From contig CAVVEY010000006.1 of NCBI GenBank assembly GCA_963747385.1, positions 88,118-152,117 on the forward strand: a stretch of DNA of 64,000 nucleotides, in the 5' to 3' direction. This stretch comes from an uncultured bacterium. Its GTDB lineage: Bacteria; Krumholzibacteriota; Krumholzibacteriia; Krumholzibacteriales; Krumholzibacteriaceae. Position numbers and translations under genes: made by a program. Of the stretch, positions 46,576-58,847 are shown one piece after another (position 1 is the first letter of the stretch; every line of letters starts with the position of its first letter). The notes below the pieces were generated by a model. That model was not told the origin of the DNA. It worked only from the letters and a program-made list of their open reading frames with translations, and ran no database searches.

Positions 46576-48534
46576 TCATCTCTGTATCTGGCTCTCCTTG
46601 ACATACTCGACCGCGCCGAGGTCAAGGAGATCGTAAATGGTCTCGCCATCGTCATTGTTCTCCGCGCCGAGAGGCGCCTCTTCGAGCGATTCGAATACGG
46701 TCCCGGAATCCTCAGGCAGCGCCTCGGGAGAAGCCGACGCTACCGTGACGCTGACCTGCCCCGCCTCGTCCTCGATTTCCGTTTTCTCGACTTCCACCTT
46801 CCGCCAGGGGTGTCCCGGTTTTTCCCCGGGGCCGCCGTCTTCCGGCGTCTGTTCCCGCTCGCGCGCGGGCTCAGGAACCGTTTCGACCTTGCCGTCGAGC
46901 TGTCTCAGGGAGGACATATCCGAATAATCGGACGCATTTCCTTCACTCGCGGCTTCCGGCGCCGCATGGGCGAAGGCCTCTTTCATCTCGTCCAGGTTCT
47001 TGAACGAGAACCCTTCTTCCTCGCTCCCTTCGCTTTCCGTCTTTTCGCGAACGTTTTCCCGCGGATGCATGCCCTTCCATGAGCTGCCGTGATCGATGAC
47101 CATATCGAGGGAATCGGCCGAGTCGTCCGCGGCATCTCTCTCCTGCGCCGCCGGCGCGGCGCCGGGGCCGCGCGAAGCGCCGAGGTCGGCGGCGACGCCG
47201 TGCGGGGATCGGGAATCGTGAACCGTTTCATGCGAGCCCGGGCTCGCCATATCTTCCTGAAGAATCTCGTGCACGTCATGCAGCTCGCTTCCGAGACCCA
47301 TGATCCGCTTTTCGAGGGCGGAGCTCCGCTCGTCGATCCGGCGCGCGATTTCGACTATCGCGCCGGAGGCCTCCGCGTCGATCGCGGCCGCGGGCATTTC
47401 GATCTCCGTGCCGGCCTTTTCCTTGATCGCGTAGCAGCTTCCGAGAAGCCCCTGGGCGATGCCCGACACGCTGTCGCTCAGCTTGTGAAAGCGCTCCGCG
47501 GTGGAACGGACGCGCTCGGCGAACGTCGCCAGGGCGTGCTCGTCCACGTTTCCCCGCGCCGCCATGAGCGCGAGATGTATCGCGATGCCGTTATTTTCCT
47601 CGGAGAACTCGTGGAGCACGCGGCCGCCTTCTTCGAGCTTGCGCACGGAGCTCTCCATCTCGGACATGGTCGTCTTGAGCGCCCTGGCGTTCGAGCCGGC
47701 GGCGCCGCTTCGCGCCGGCGCGGCGTTCCGGGCGGCGGCGTTCGCATTGATGCGCTCGGCGACGCTGGTAAGCTCCGCGACGGAATTCGTGATCGCGAGC
47801 AGTTCCTCCCCGGCGCCGCTGATCGCCTCCATGGCCCTGCCGTAGGCGAGCGTCGCGTTGCCGTAGGCCCGCCGCTCCGCCTCGTTCCGTTTTTCGAGCT
47901 CCTCGATGCGCGCGCGGTCCGCGTCGACGCGATCGCGCAGCTTTTCGTATATCGATCCGCAATCCTTCCCCTCGGGAACGTCCTCGCCGGCGCATTCCCC
48001 GCTGATGAGGCTTTCGATCTCCGATTTGAGCTCCGAGTAGTTCGACGCGTTATCCTTCGTCCCGAGATCCTGGGATATCTCGCGGATCTGATCGCCGTAG
48101 TTCCTGAGCACCGCCTGAAGCTCGGGATACTGCGAGAGCCGCGCGATCTGGGCAGGGTTCGTAAGGTCGTCGATGCTCTCGGCGAGCGATATCATCGTGC
48201 GGTAATCCTGTCCCGAGTCGAGGTAGAATTTATAGCGGTGCACCGCCGAAGCGATGAGAAAATAGGCGAAGAGCGAAACGATGATGACGGCCGCCGCAAG
48301 CGGAAGCATATCCCTCATGAAGAGCGTGGAATCGACGCTCCAGCCGCCGGCGCCCGATTTGATCCACTTGAGATCGACGTTGTAGAAGCTCACCAGGTAG
48401 TACCCCACCCCCAGGCTCATGAGAACGAGAAGGAGAGATACGAAGATCCCGATTTTCCACGGAGATGTGAGGACCGGCTGCTTGTCCCTGCTCTTTCTCT
48501 TTTTCACCTTCACCTTTGTCTCCTTCGTCGTCAT
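46576..48534 (-). CDS. MCP-like membrane protein: 2 TM, no periplasmic sensor domain, divergent signalling hairpin, long acidic tail
   Basis: The start is taken at MTTKETKV. The TM helices are WKIGIFVSLLLVLMSLGVGYYLV and MLPLAAAVIIVSLFAYFLIASAV. The tip-like segment FSEENNGIAIHLALMAARGNVDEHALATFAERVRSTAERFHKL aligns by eye with the Tsr tip [38 protein letters not shown]. Confidence 0.6.
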   Translation of the reverse strand: MTTKETKVKVKKRKSRDKQPVLTSPWKIGIFVSLLLVLMSLGVGYYLVSFYNVDLKWIKSGAGGWSVDSTLFMRDMLPLAAAVIIVSLFAYFLIASAVHRYKFYLDSGQDYRTMISLAESIDDLTNPAQIARLSQYPELQAVLRNYGDQIREISQDLGTKDNASNYSELKSEIESLISGECAGEDVPEGKDCGSIYEKLRDRVDADRARIEELEKRNEAERRAYGNATLAYGRAMEAISGAGEELLAITNSVAELTSVAERINANAAARNAAPARSGAAGSNARALKTTMSEMESSVRKLEEGGRVLHEFSEENNGIAIHLALMAARGNVDEHALATFAERVRSTAERFHKLSDSVSGIAQGLLGSCYAIKEKAGTEIEMPAAAIDAEASGAIVEIARRIDERSSALEKRIMGLGSELHDVHEILQEDMASPGSHETVHDSRSPHGVAADLGASRGPGAAPAAQERDAADDSADSLDMVIDHGSSWKGMHPRENVREKTESEGSEEEGFSFKNLDEMKEAFAHAAPEAASEGNASDYSDMSSLRQLDGKVETVPEPAREREQTPEDGGPGEKPGHPWRKVEVEKTEIEDEAGQVSVTVASASPEALPEDSGTVFESLEEAPLGAENNDDGETIYDLLDLGAVEYVKESQIQR

Positions 48535-48751
48535 ATGCAACGCAAACGGCCCGGCGCACGATCCTGGTATGCTGAAAGGGCGTAATTCTCGGTCGCTGCG
48601 GAAGTTCGCAAGTATTATGCCAGGGGTCGCCGTACGCAAAACTGTCGTTCCGATAAGACGTTATGAGGAATTTCGACGGAAAAGAAGGGACATGGCGCAG
48701 CAATGCGCGGCTGTTACTTCGCGTTTTGCATGGGAGTTCGCGGCCGTCCGC

Positions 48752-49556
48752 TCAGCGCCGCTTCTGGACGAGCGCCGTGTAGAGCTGGGGAACGCGGTCT
48801 TTGAACAGGTGATTGTTCGGCGTGAAGTTCTTGTTGTTCGCCTCCCCGACGTCGATCTCGACGACGCGGAGCGACTCGCTGCGGTCGCTCGCCGAGGCGA
48901 GAACCTCTCCCATCGGATTGACGATCTGGCTCTTTCCGGTGAAGGTGAGAGCGGCGGCGCCCCGGCCTTCGCTCCCGATCCGGTTCGCCGTGATCGCGAA
49001 GACGCGGTTCTCGATGCAGCGCGTTTTCATCGCATCCTGGGCGTAGGGAAGGACGAGGTTCGACGGATGACAGAGAATCTGCGCCCCGCCGAGGGCGAGG
49101 ACGCGCGAAACCTCGGGAAAGGCCCAATCGAAGCAAATCAGGAGCCCGAGCTTCGCGTCTCCGGCCGAAACCACCTTGAACGACGATCCCCTCGTGAAGA
49201 AGAGCTTCTCGCGATCGAAGAGGTGCACCTTCTGATAGACCTCGACCTTTCCTTTCGACGGAGATGAAGACCGCGGAATTGTAGAATGTGCTCCGGTGCT
49301 TCTGCGCCATCCCGAATACGAGATTCAAGCGCCTGCGCTTCGCGAGCTTTTGCATCTCGGTGACGGTGAATCCTCCGGGGATCGACTCGGCGAGGGACGC
49401 GAGCTCCTTCTCGTTCCGGAAGAGATAGCCCGAGTTGAACAACTCGGGAAGAACTACCGTCGCGTCGGAAAGCCTGTCGAGAATCGCCGCCGCCTTGCGG
49501 ACATTCTCTTTAACCGCGCCAAACCGCGGACGCAATTGGAGAAAACCGATTCGCAT
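48752..49556 (-). CDS. carbon-nitrogen hydrolase (nitrilase superfamily), frameshifted in assembly
   Basis: MRIGFLQLRP...VVLPELFNSGY...YNSAVFIS|SKGKVEVYQKVHLFDREK...LGLLICFDWAFPE. The join needs removal of one base at 49260-49261. The Glu-Lys-Cys triad context is visible. Confidence 0.8.
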
Positions 49557-49719
49557 CCTCTTCCCCCTGCGTTTATGTGACCGTTCCGGGGGGCGCCCCC
49601 GGCTGGAAACGCATTATAGCAGATAACTCACCGTGATACAGCACCTTATTGGAAACGCGAAAGCGCCTCGAATTTCAGCATGGCATGGAGCTTGCACGAC
49701 TCAAGGAGGACAACGAGTT

Positions 49720-50544
49720 ATGCATTCCGCTCCGCAACCGTGGAGAAGCACCATGGCGGTTTCGACACGCTCTACGACCCTTCACGTCACCCCGAAAACC
49801 TCGGGCGGGGACGCTTACTTCTTCATGATGAACGGCCTTCTCCACAGCCGGATGGAGGCGGGTTTTCCCTCGAACGACATTTGCTTCGACGAAGACGTGA
49901 ACGTCTATCTCGCGAGCCTTCTCACGTCCCTTATCTTCCCGCGAAACGGCGACGACGGCGCCGGATGTCTGCTCCCCGTCGATGCGTCGCTCTTCGAAGC
50001 GGCCGAAGCCGCGGCCGGACCGAGAGAAAAGTACCGGATGTACAGGCGCTCAGCCGACCGCATTCTCGTCTCGCTCGGCATCTTCAAGAACGCGCGCATG
50101 AAGCGCCCCGATTCGGTGCCGCACCTCGCGACGAGCGACGCGGCGCATATCGGCCGGGGAAAAGCGTACTACGCGATCGCGCGGGCCTACGCCGCGCAGG
50201 TCCATCGCAGGAATACCGCGATCGGCGACGTTCTCGGAAAGCTCTCGGATCATTTCGAGCGGTACCTCGGAGTTCTCTCGCTCATGGGCGGGGAGCATCT
50301 CAATATTTTCAAGCAGCTCTCGGACGGCGAGCTCTTCCACCTCGAGAGCTCGCCTCGCCCGGCGGAAAAGAGCGCGGAGCTCGCGCTCCGGCACGACCGT
50401 TTCCTCGATCTCTATTCGAGCTACCTGGAAAACAAATCGGCGCGGACAAGAGCGGCGCTCATCGAGGCCGTGCGGGAGATCCGGGCGCTGGATCCCTCGT
50501 TCGAATTCGACATCGACGCGCGGGAGCGCGTCAGGCCCGTCTGA
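49720..50544 (+). CDS. hypothetical protein
   Basis: RBS AAGGAGG lies 9 nt before ATG 49720. 274 aa with good coding character (DAYFFMMNGLLHSRMEAGF...). No family recognised. Its 3' end overlaps the convergent hydrolase gene by 14 nt. Confidence 0.5.
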   Translation: MHSAPQPWRSTMAVSTRSTTLHVTPKTSGGDAYFFMMNGLLHSRMEAGFPSNDICFDEDVNVYLASLLTSLIFPRNGDDGAGCLLPVDASLFEAAEAAAGPREKYRMYRRSADRILVSLGIFKNARMKRPDSVPHLATSDAAHIGRGKAYYAIARAYAAQVHRRNTAIGDVLGKLSDHFERYLGVLSLMGGEHLNIFKQLSDGELFHLESSPRPAEKSAELALRHDRFLDLYSSYLENKSARTRAALIEAVREIRALDPSFEFDIDARERVRPV

Positions 50545-51436
50545 GAAACTCCGCGCAGAGCTTGTAGACGAGCGCAGAGTCCTCTCCCTTCACCAGCACA
50601 TGCCGGTCGCTCGGGAGAAGCTCGAAACGAGACTTCGGATTCGACGCGACACTCTTGAGAAAATGCAGGCTCCTCGGCGAGACGATCCGCTCGCGCGCGG
50701 CGTGGATCACGAGGATCGGCTGCTGGATCTTCTTGAGACGCGAGCGCGTCTTTTCGAGAAATTGCATGAGGTTATACTCTTTCGGGACGATGCCTTTCGC
50801 GGCGAACGGGACGACGCTGCGAACGAGCTTGAACGCGAGGTAACGGCCGTCGGCCGCGGGATAGAGCGCCGGGGCGATGAGCATGGCCCCCTTGACGGGA
50901 GCCTCCTGCATGAGATTCAGGGCTATGGTTCCGCCGAAACTGAATCCCACGAGATACGTGTTCGGGGAAAAGGTGAGAAGCGCGCCGAGAACGACCTTCG
51001 AATCGAGAAGGCATCGCTCCCAGTTGTAGCCGCCCCGCACCGCGCTTCCCCGTTTCTTGTCGAGAAATCTCCGCCAGTGAGAGCCGCCGCGCGTGGTTTC
51101 CCGCGCCGAATGGCTGCCGTTCGTCCCGAGGGCGAGATTGACCCCGTAGACCGTGTATCCCGCCTGAAAGAGATGCTCCGCGAGATCGCGCATCTCGGCG
51201 GGAGAGCCCCCCGCACCGTGCAGAAGGAGACAGCAGACCGCTTCGCGGTTCTGGAGATAGAGGAAACTCCGGTCGGTCTCCGATACGCCGACCTTCCTCT
51301 CGATAAAGATGCGGCTCTCGTGGAAGAATTTGAGAAAATCCGCCCTGAGCGTGAAGCTCCCGGGATTCTTGGCGACGAGCCTCCCGAGCTCCCATACGGA
51401 ATGATCGATTCGCGCGAGCGTGTCTTTCACGCGCAC
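50531..51436 (-). CDS. alpha/beta hydrolase (esterase/lipase-like)
   Basis: CCLLLHGAGGSPAEM, nucleophile elbow GFSFGG, C-terminal DRHVL. A GTG start lies at 51436 or 51430 (GTGA overlap with the upstream stop). Confidence 0.65.
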   Translation of the reverse strand: MRVKDTLARIDHSVWELGRLVAKNPGSFTLRADFLKFFHESRIFIERKVGVSETDRSFLYLQNREAVCCLLLHGAGGSPAEMRDLAEHLFQAGYTVYGVNLALGTNGSHSARETTRGGSHWRRFLDKKRGSAVRGGYNWERCLLDSKVVLGALLTFSPNTYLVGFSFGGTIALNLMQEAPVKGAMLIAPALYPAADGRYLAFKLVRSVVPFAAKGIVPKEYNLMQFLEKTRSRLKKIQQPILVIHAARERIVSPRSLHFLKSVASNPKSRFELLPSDRHVLVKGEDSALVYKLCAEFLRRA

Positions 51437-52169
51437 CCTCCCGCCTGCACCGTGCCGGCCCCCGCGGCCGCCGAAGAGGCGCCGCCGCAGGCCTTGACGC
51501 AGATGCCGCATATCAGAGTATTGAGTTTTTCGCTCTTGGAGAAACGTCTCACCTGGGCCGCGCACCGGTCGAGGTCGAACGCGAGCGGATCCATCTTGAT
51601 CGCTCCCGCCGGGCAGACGCCGACGCACGCCCGGCAATCGCCGCACCCCGCCGCCGCGTCGAGCGCGAGCCCGCGATCGGGAAGCGGGGCGTCGGTGAGA
51701 ACCGACGCGTAGCGGACCTGCGAGCCGAACTCCGGATGAACGAGAAGATTGTTCCTCCCGCGCCAGCCGATCCCGGCGAGCGCGCCGAGCTCGCGATGCG
51801 AGAGGTGTCCGAGAAGCCGGTCCCAATCCATCAGCTGGGAGGCGGGGACCGGAAAAGCGCGATACCCCATCCGCCGGCACTCCGTCGCGCAGAAGAGCGC
51901 GGCCTGGTCGAGGGCGAAGTTCACCGTGCGGTAATGGTGGTAGTAGGTCCAGTTCGGGGCGCCTTCGATCGTCGCGAGCACGTCGCCGGAGAGGCGACAG
52001 CCGAGGACGATCGCGCGGTCGAGGGACGCCGCGACCTTCCGTATCGACGCGTGAAACCGCTCCTTTTCCGCGGGGCCGATCCGCGCCGACGAAACGACGT
52101 CGACGCCGAAGCGCGCGGCTTCAAGCCGAAGCTTCTCGAGGGTCTCCTGGGGTGTGTGCGATTCGGCCA

Positions 52170-52170
<1 letters not shown>
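51427..52170 (-). CDS. 4Fe-4S protein related to epoxyqueuosine reductase (QueG-like, short form)
   Basis: 247-aa ORF: HRELGALAGIGWRGRNNLLVHPEFGSQVRYASVLTDAPL, then CGDCRACVGVCPAGA and a second Cys cluster. Confidence 0.5.
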
Positions 52171-54570
<2,400 letters not shown>

Positions 54571-54662
54571 GGTTCGAGGAAGATAACAGACGGAGCGGGA
54601 TTCGGCAACGGCGCAGCTGCGGCGCCTGCGAGGGCCGGCGGAGCTGCGCCGCGGCGCGCATT

Positions 54663-56156
54663 TCACTTCTCGAGAATTTTCGGAGGCGTTTTTGAGGGAA
54701 CGCACCGGAGATCGGCATAGATGATCCAATACGGGTTCGGGAACATCTTTCTCGTCTCGCCGGTCTCTTCTCCCCAGCAGACGATTCTCGTCGAATCGCC
54801 GAAGGCGGCTTCCCTGCCCATGTATTGGAGCTGGCTTTCCCCTTTGTAATACCTGGCATTAGTGAATCCCCGATTGAGTTGCTTTGCATCTTTGATAGCG
54901 GCCCGGAATTCGTCGCCAGGCCTTCCATCCTTATCATATTTCGCAATAAGCAGCGGACGCACCTTCGATGAATCCCCCAGAGCCTCGATATCGTCGGGGA
55001 ATGCTCCGCCGGATAGCGACACCCAGGCCGAAAGCGCCTCGGCAATCGCCTGTACGGCGCCCGATGTTTGCTCAGCAAGCATCTTTTCCACCATCTTCTC
55101 CCATGAATACTTATCTATGACGGTATCGATCCTGGAAACTGCATATCCGGGGGGAGGCGACAAGCTGAAATATGAAGTATCAGGCTGTACGTTCCATCGA
55201 AAATTGTCCCAGATCACGGCCGGCTCTCCCGGACCGCGATCCGTCCATCCGGCAGCCGCGGAGCGCGGCGAGTCCGGAGGCATGAAATCGCTCACGTCCA
55301 GACCATACGGATACGATTTGTCCCAGCTTGCGGAATCGAGACGACCGACATCGACGCGGAACGGCAACTCGGTTTCCAGGTCGACCCAAATCGTGGTTCT
55401 GGCGGTCCTTGAGGGCTTCCCTGTTCGAAGTTCATAGACCGCGGAGCTTCTGCCTTCATAGCGCTCCCTGCGAATAAAAGAGAAACCACTCCTCTTGTGC
55501 CATAAAGCCATGCTTTCCACGGGATTCGTCTCTGGAAAAGTCGACCACGAAGTCACCCTCCAGAGGACGGCTCGTTTCGTTGCAGGATAAAGATGAAGAA
55601 TTCCCCTTGTTGAGCCATGATAATAAGATATACGCGTGCTATCCGCAAAGTCGTCACGGGTAAAACCCGATCGATTCGTCCCGTGTTGCATCGTCGTCCA
55701 TTCACCAAGCGACCATCGTCGACATCGATAGATAAGGCTCTCGGACTGTTCCATCCTTTCTACCACCGCCGCGAAGGCGGGAACGGCGCCATTATGGGCA
55801 CCGCGCAGAAAATCGATGCCCGCGACGACGACAATGGCGGCGGCCACTGCGGCTGCGACGCGCACGGCTCCGGGAATCCGTGCGAATGTGCCGAGGACGT
55901 TCCGGTGTTGCGCCGCCGTCGGAGCTCCCGCCGGCAGCATCTCAATCACTCGTTCCTCGAAGCGCTTTTCCGACGTCGAGTGGAGCGTCGCGAACATGTC
56001 CAACCGGGAATGGTCGTCGATGAGCCGCGCGCGATATTCCCTACACGACTCACATTCGGCGCAGTGCAGATCGAGCGCAGCCTGCTCTTCGGCACCGAGA
56101 GCGCGCCCGATAGAGTCTTCTATTCTCTCTCGTATCCGTTCGCAAGTGTGGTTCAT
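54663..56156 (-). CDS. anti-sigma factor (zf-HC2) with one TM and a periplasmic domain of about 370 aa
   Basis: The N-terminus reads LDLHCAECESCREY and the TM is AVRVAAAVAAAIVVVAGI. The gene overlaps the sigma gene by 4 nt. Its GC content is visibly lower than its neighbours. Confidence 0.7.
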   Translation of the reverse strand: MNHTCERIRERIEDSIGRALGAEEQAALDLHCAECESCREYRARLIDDHSRLDMFATLHSTSEKRFEERVIEMLPAGAPTAAQHRNVLGTFARIPGAVRVAAAVAAAIVVVAGIDFLRGAHNGAVPAFAAVVERMEQSESLIYRCRRWSLGEWTTMQHGTNRSGFTRDDFADSTRISYYHGSTRGILHLYPATKRAVLWRVTSWSTFPETNPVESMALWHKRSGFSFIRRERYEGRSSAVYELRTGKPSRTARTTIWVDLETELPFRVDVGRLDSASWDKSYPYGLDVSDFMPPDSPRSAAAGWTDRGPGEPAVIWDNFRWNVQPDTSYFSLSPPPGYAVSRIDTVIDKYSWEKMVEKMLAEQTSGAVQAIAEALSAWVSLSGGAFPDDIEALGDSSKVRPLLIAKYDKDGRPGDEFRAAIKDAKQLNRGFTNARYYKGESQLQYMGREAAFGDSTRIVCWGEETGETRKMFPNPYWIIYADLRCVPSKTPPKILEK

Positions 56157-56677
56157 CTCGCGCCTCCAGAATTATCGAAGAGCTTCCGCAACTCCCTGCG
56201 CGCCCGGCTCAGTCTCGTGTGGACCGCTTCCACCGAAATACCGAGCGAGGCGGCAACACCATCCGTGCTGTGCCCATCAAAGTAGTACATCATAAGGGGA
56301 ATCCGGTGCTGCTCGGGCAGCTTGCCGAGCATGGCCCGAAGATCCGTCAGGTCATCGGGCGCTTCACGGGGATGATCCGGCTGCATTGCGACGGTTCGCT
56401 TTCGGCTCGAGCGCTTCTTGATGAAATTGCGGCACGTGTTACCGGCTATCGCCGCGATCCACGGCCCGAATCGATCGCGATCCCTGAGTGAACCGAGCTC
56501 CGTGAATCCCCGCATGAACGCCTCCTGCGCCATATCCTCCGCATCCGCGGCGTTGCCCGTCATCGCGAGGCAGATCGCGTACACACGCTTCCCGTGCGCC
56601 CTCACGAGCCCGGCATAGGCCCGACCGTCCCCCGCCAGGCACGCCTCGACGATTTTTGCGTCCCGTCCGCTTTCCAA
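56153..56677 (-). CDS. ECF-type RNA polymerase sigma factor
   Basis: 174-aa ORF. Region 2 reads YAICLAMTGNAADAEDMAQEAFMRGF and region 4 reads MMYYFDGHSTDGVAASLGISVEAVHTRLSRARREL. Confidence 0.85.
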   Translation of the reverse strand: MESGRDAKIVEACLAGDGRAYAGLVRAHGKRVYAICLAMTGNAADAEDMAQEAFMRGFTELGSLRDRDRFGPWIAAIAGNTCRNFIKKRSSRKRTVAMQPDHPREAPDDLTDLRAMLGKLPEQHRIPLMMYYFDGHSTDGVAASLGISVEAVHTRLSRARRELRKLFDNSGGAR

Positions 56678-56809
56678 AAGGCCTCCCCTTCAGTCTCTAT
56701 CCCAAGAGACAATACGAGTGCGGGGATCCTTACCGATAATTTTCGAATGGATTGCGGCGGGGTTATCGGGCGGCTCCGGGGCGGGACATTGCAGGCGCGG
56801 CCCCATCAT

Positions 56810-58636
56810 TCACTCGGGCTTCCCGTAGCGGATGATGTCGCCGTACTTCCCGGCGAAGACGATGGTATCGGCTCCGCTCCCCCAGATCGCACCTAACCGG
56901 TTCGAAGGAGATTCTATCGTCTCCCAATCCCCGCCGTCGTAATGCAGGACGTTGTAGTTCGGCCCCACCGCGTAGATATCCTCGCCGCAACCCCAGAGGC
57001 CCGTGAGCGGACGATTGGAGACGACCGACGGCTGCGGCGGATCGAGAAATCTCCACGCGGTGCCGTCGAAGTGGTAGATGCCGAGGTTCCCGATAGCATA
57101 AACATCGTCGGGGCCCCGTGCCCAAAGCCCTCTCTGAACCGACCAGTACTCCTTGACCCATTGAGAACCGTCGAACGAGCACACGGTCCCGGAGCCAATG
57201 GCGTACACCTCTGTCGGCGAGACCGCGCACACCGAATAGAGCGGTACCGACGACTCGAGAACGACGCTCCAGCTCATCCCGTCATAATGAAGCACCTGGC
57301 CGGCGTTCGCCTCCCCGGCGACGGCATAGACATCCGTCGCTGACGCTCCGTGAACGTCCCATAGATCGAGGCCGGTCGGGCTCGCGACGACGCCGAATGA
57401 GGAGGCGTCGCCCTGAAGGATCGTTCCGTTCTCTCCCACGGCGAATACGTCGGTCGACACGCTCGCCCACACGCCTTTGAGGTTCTGGGACGTCCCTCCA
57501 CCCACGAGCGACCACGCCGAGCCGTCGTAATGGGCGATCAATCCAGTCGCGCCGACCGCGTACACGTCCGAGCCCGAGAGTCCCCAAAGGTCATTCACGT
57601 CCCGCCGCGTCACGGCCTGGCCGCCGCTCTCCGTCCACTCGGCGCCGTCGAAATGCCGAATAATGCCGGCGTCCCCCACCGCGTACACGTCGCTCCCGGA
57701 AGAGCCCCAGACGCCGTAGAGGGAGGCCCCCGTCCCGCTGTTCATCGAATTCCATGCGCTCCCGTCGTACCGTACCGCTGCCCCGGAAGCGCCCACGGCG
57801 AATATGTCGCTCGCCGTGATTCCCCATATGTCGAGCAGGGCTCCGCCGTTCGATCGGAAGCCGGTGAAACCTTCGCCGTCATAGTGAAGTGCCTTCCCCG
57901 ATCCAACGAAGTACACGTCCCGGGGGCTGCTTCCCCAGATTCCCCGAAGGCTGACGCCCCGACTTTCCAGGTACGTCGTCGTGGTCCATGATGCGCCGTC
58001 ATAGTGCGACACATTGAGCACGGCGCCGAAGAAAGCCTGATCGTCGGGGATTGTATAGTATGCCGCGGTGAACACCTCGCCATTCTCGCCGGCCCAGATA
58101 TTCATGTGATCGAGCGTACTCCCGCCCTGCCTCAAGACCGACCAGCTCCACCCGTCGTTCTCGAGCACGATGCCCCCCGCCCCGCATGCGTAGACCGTCC
58201 CGTCCTTGTTCACCCACAGGGAGTAGAGCGTCTTGGTCGTCCCGATTTTCTTCTCGGTCCATGACCCACCGGTTTTGAGAAGCACCTCGCCGCCCGCGCC
58301 GACAGCCCAGATCCGGATCGAGGAGCTGCCCATGACGTCCCAGAGCCTCGCGGTCGTCCCGCTCTCCATCGCCGTCCATTCAGAACCGTCGAAATGAACG
58401 ATCGCCCCCCTTTCGCCGACTGCGTACACGTCGTCGGCGGAGGAGCCCCACACGGCAAGAAGTGTATTTCCCTGGGGAAGCGGGTTGAGCCATGTCCATG
58501 CGGGGCGCACCTCGGACGAGCTCTTCCGAGGGGCGACGGTGCTCTCGGAGCACGAGCCGAGCAACAGAAGAACGAGCAGTGCCGGAGTCAGTGGCAACGC
58601 GCGCACGCCGCACGATCTCGTCATTTTCACGATCAT
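56810..58636 (-). CDS. lipoprotein with 14 beta-propeller-type repeats (WGSSxxDVYAVGxxGxIxHYDGxxW)
   Basis: Signal and lipobox ALLVLLLLGSC. I counted 14 units of about 40-45 aa by eye. The HYDGxxW element resembles a degenerate BNR/Asp-box. Confidence 0.7.
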   Translation of the reverse strand: MIVKMTRSCGVRALPLTPALLVLLLLGSCSESTVAPRKSSSEVRPAWTWLNPLPQGNTLLAVWGSSADDVYAVGERGAIVHFDGSEWTAMESGTTARLWDVMGSSSIRIWAVGAGGEVLLKTGGSWTEKKIGTTKTLYSLWVNKDGTVYACGAGGIVLENDGWSWSVLRQGGSTLDHMNIWAGENGEVFTAAYYTIPDDQAFFGAVLNVSHYDGASWTTTTYLESRGVSLRGIWGSSPRDVYFVGSGKALHYDGEGFTGFRSNGGALLDIWGITASDIFAVGASGAAVRYDGSAWNSMNSGTGASLYGVWGSSGSDVYAVGDAGIIRHFDGAEWTESGGQAVTRRDVNDLWGLSGSDVYAVGATGLIAHYDGSAWSLVGGGTSQNLKGVWASVSTDVFAVGENGTILQGDASSFGVVASPTGLDLWDVHGASATDVYAVAGEANAGQVLHYDGMSWSVVLESSVPLYSVCAVSPTEVYAIGSGTVCSFDGSQWVKEYWSVQRGLWARGPDDVYAIGNLGIYHFDGTAWRFLDPPQPSVVSNRPLTGLWGCGEDIYAVGPNYNVLHYDGGDWETIESPSNRLGAIWGSGADTIVFAGKYGDIIRYGKPE

Positions 58637-58847
58637 GTTCCCCGTCGAAGAGCCTTCGAACCCGCATCTATTGTACAGCAAATGGAGCGCGATTGCAATC
58701 CGGCGACGCCGGTCGTGGGCCACCTCGCGAGCCGCCCCAGGGAAACGGCCCGGATTCCGCTTCGCGGTTGTTTCCCGCATCCGCCTCTGATATACTGGTA
58801 CGCGGATCCTCGTGCGTGCGCTGCAGAGCGATCCATGGCGGCGAACG

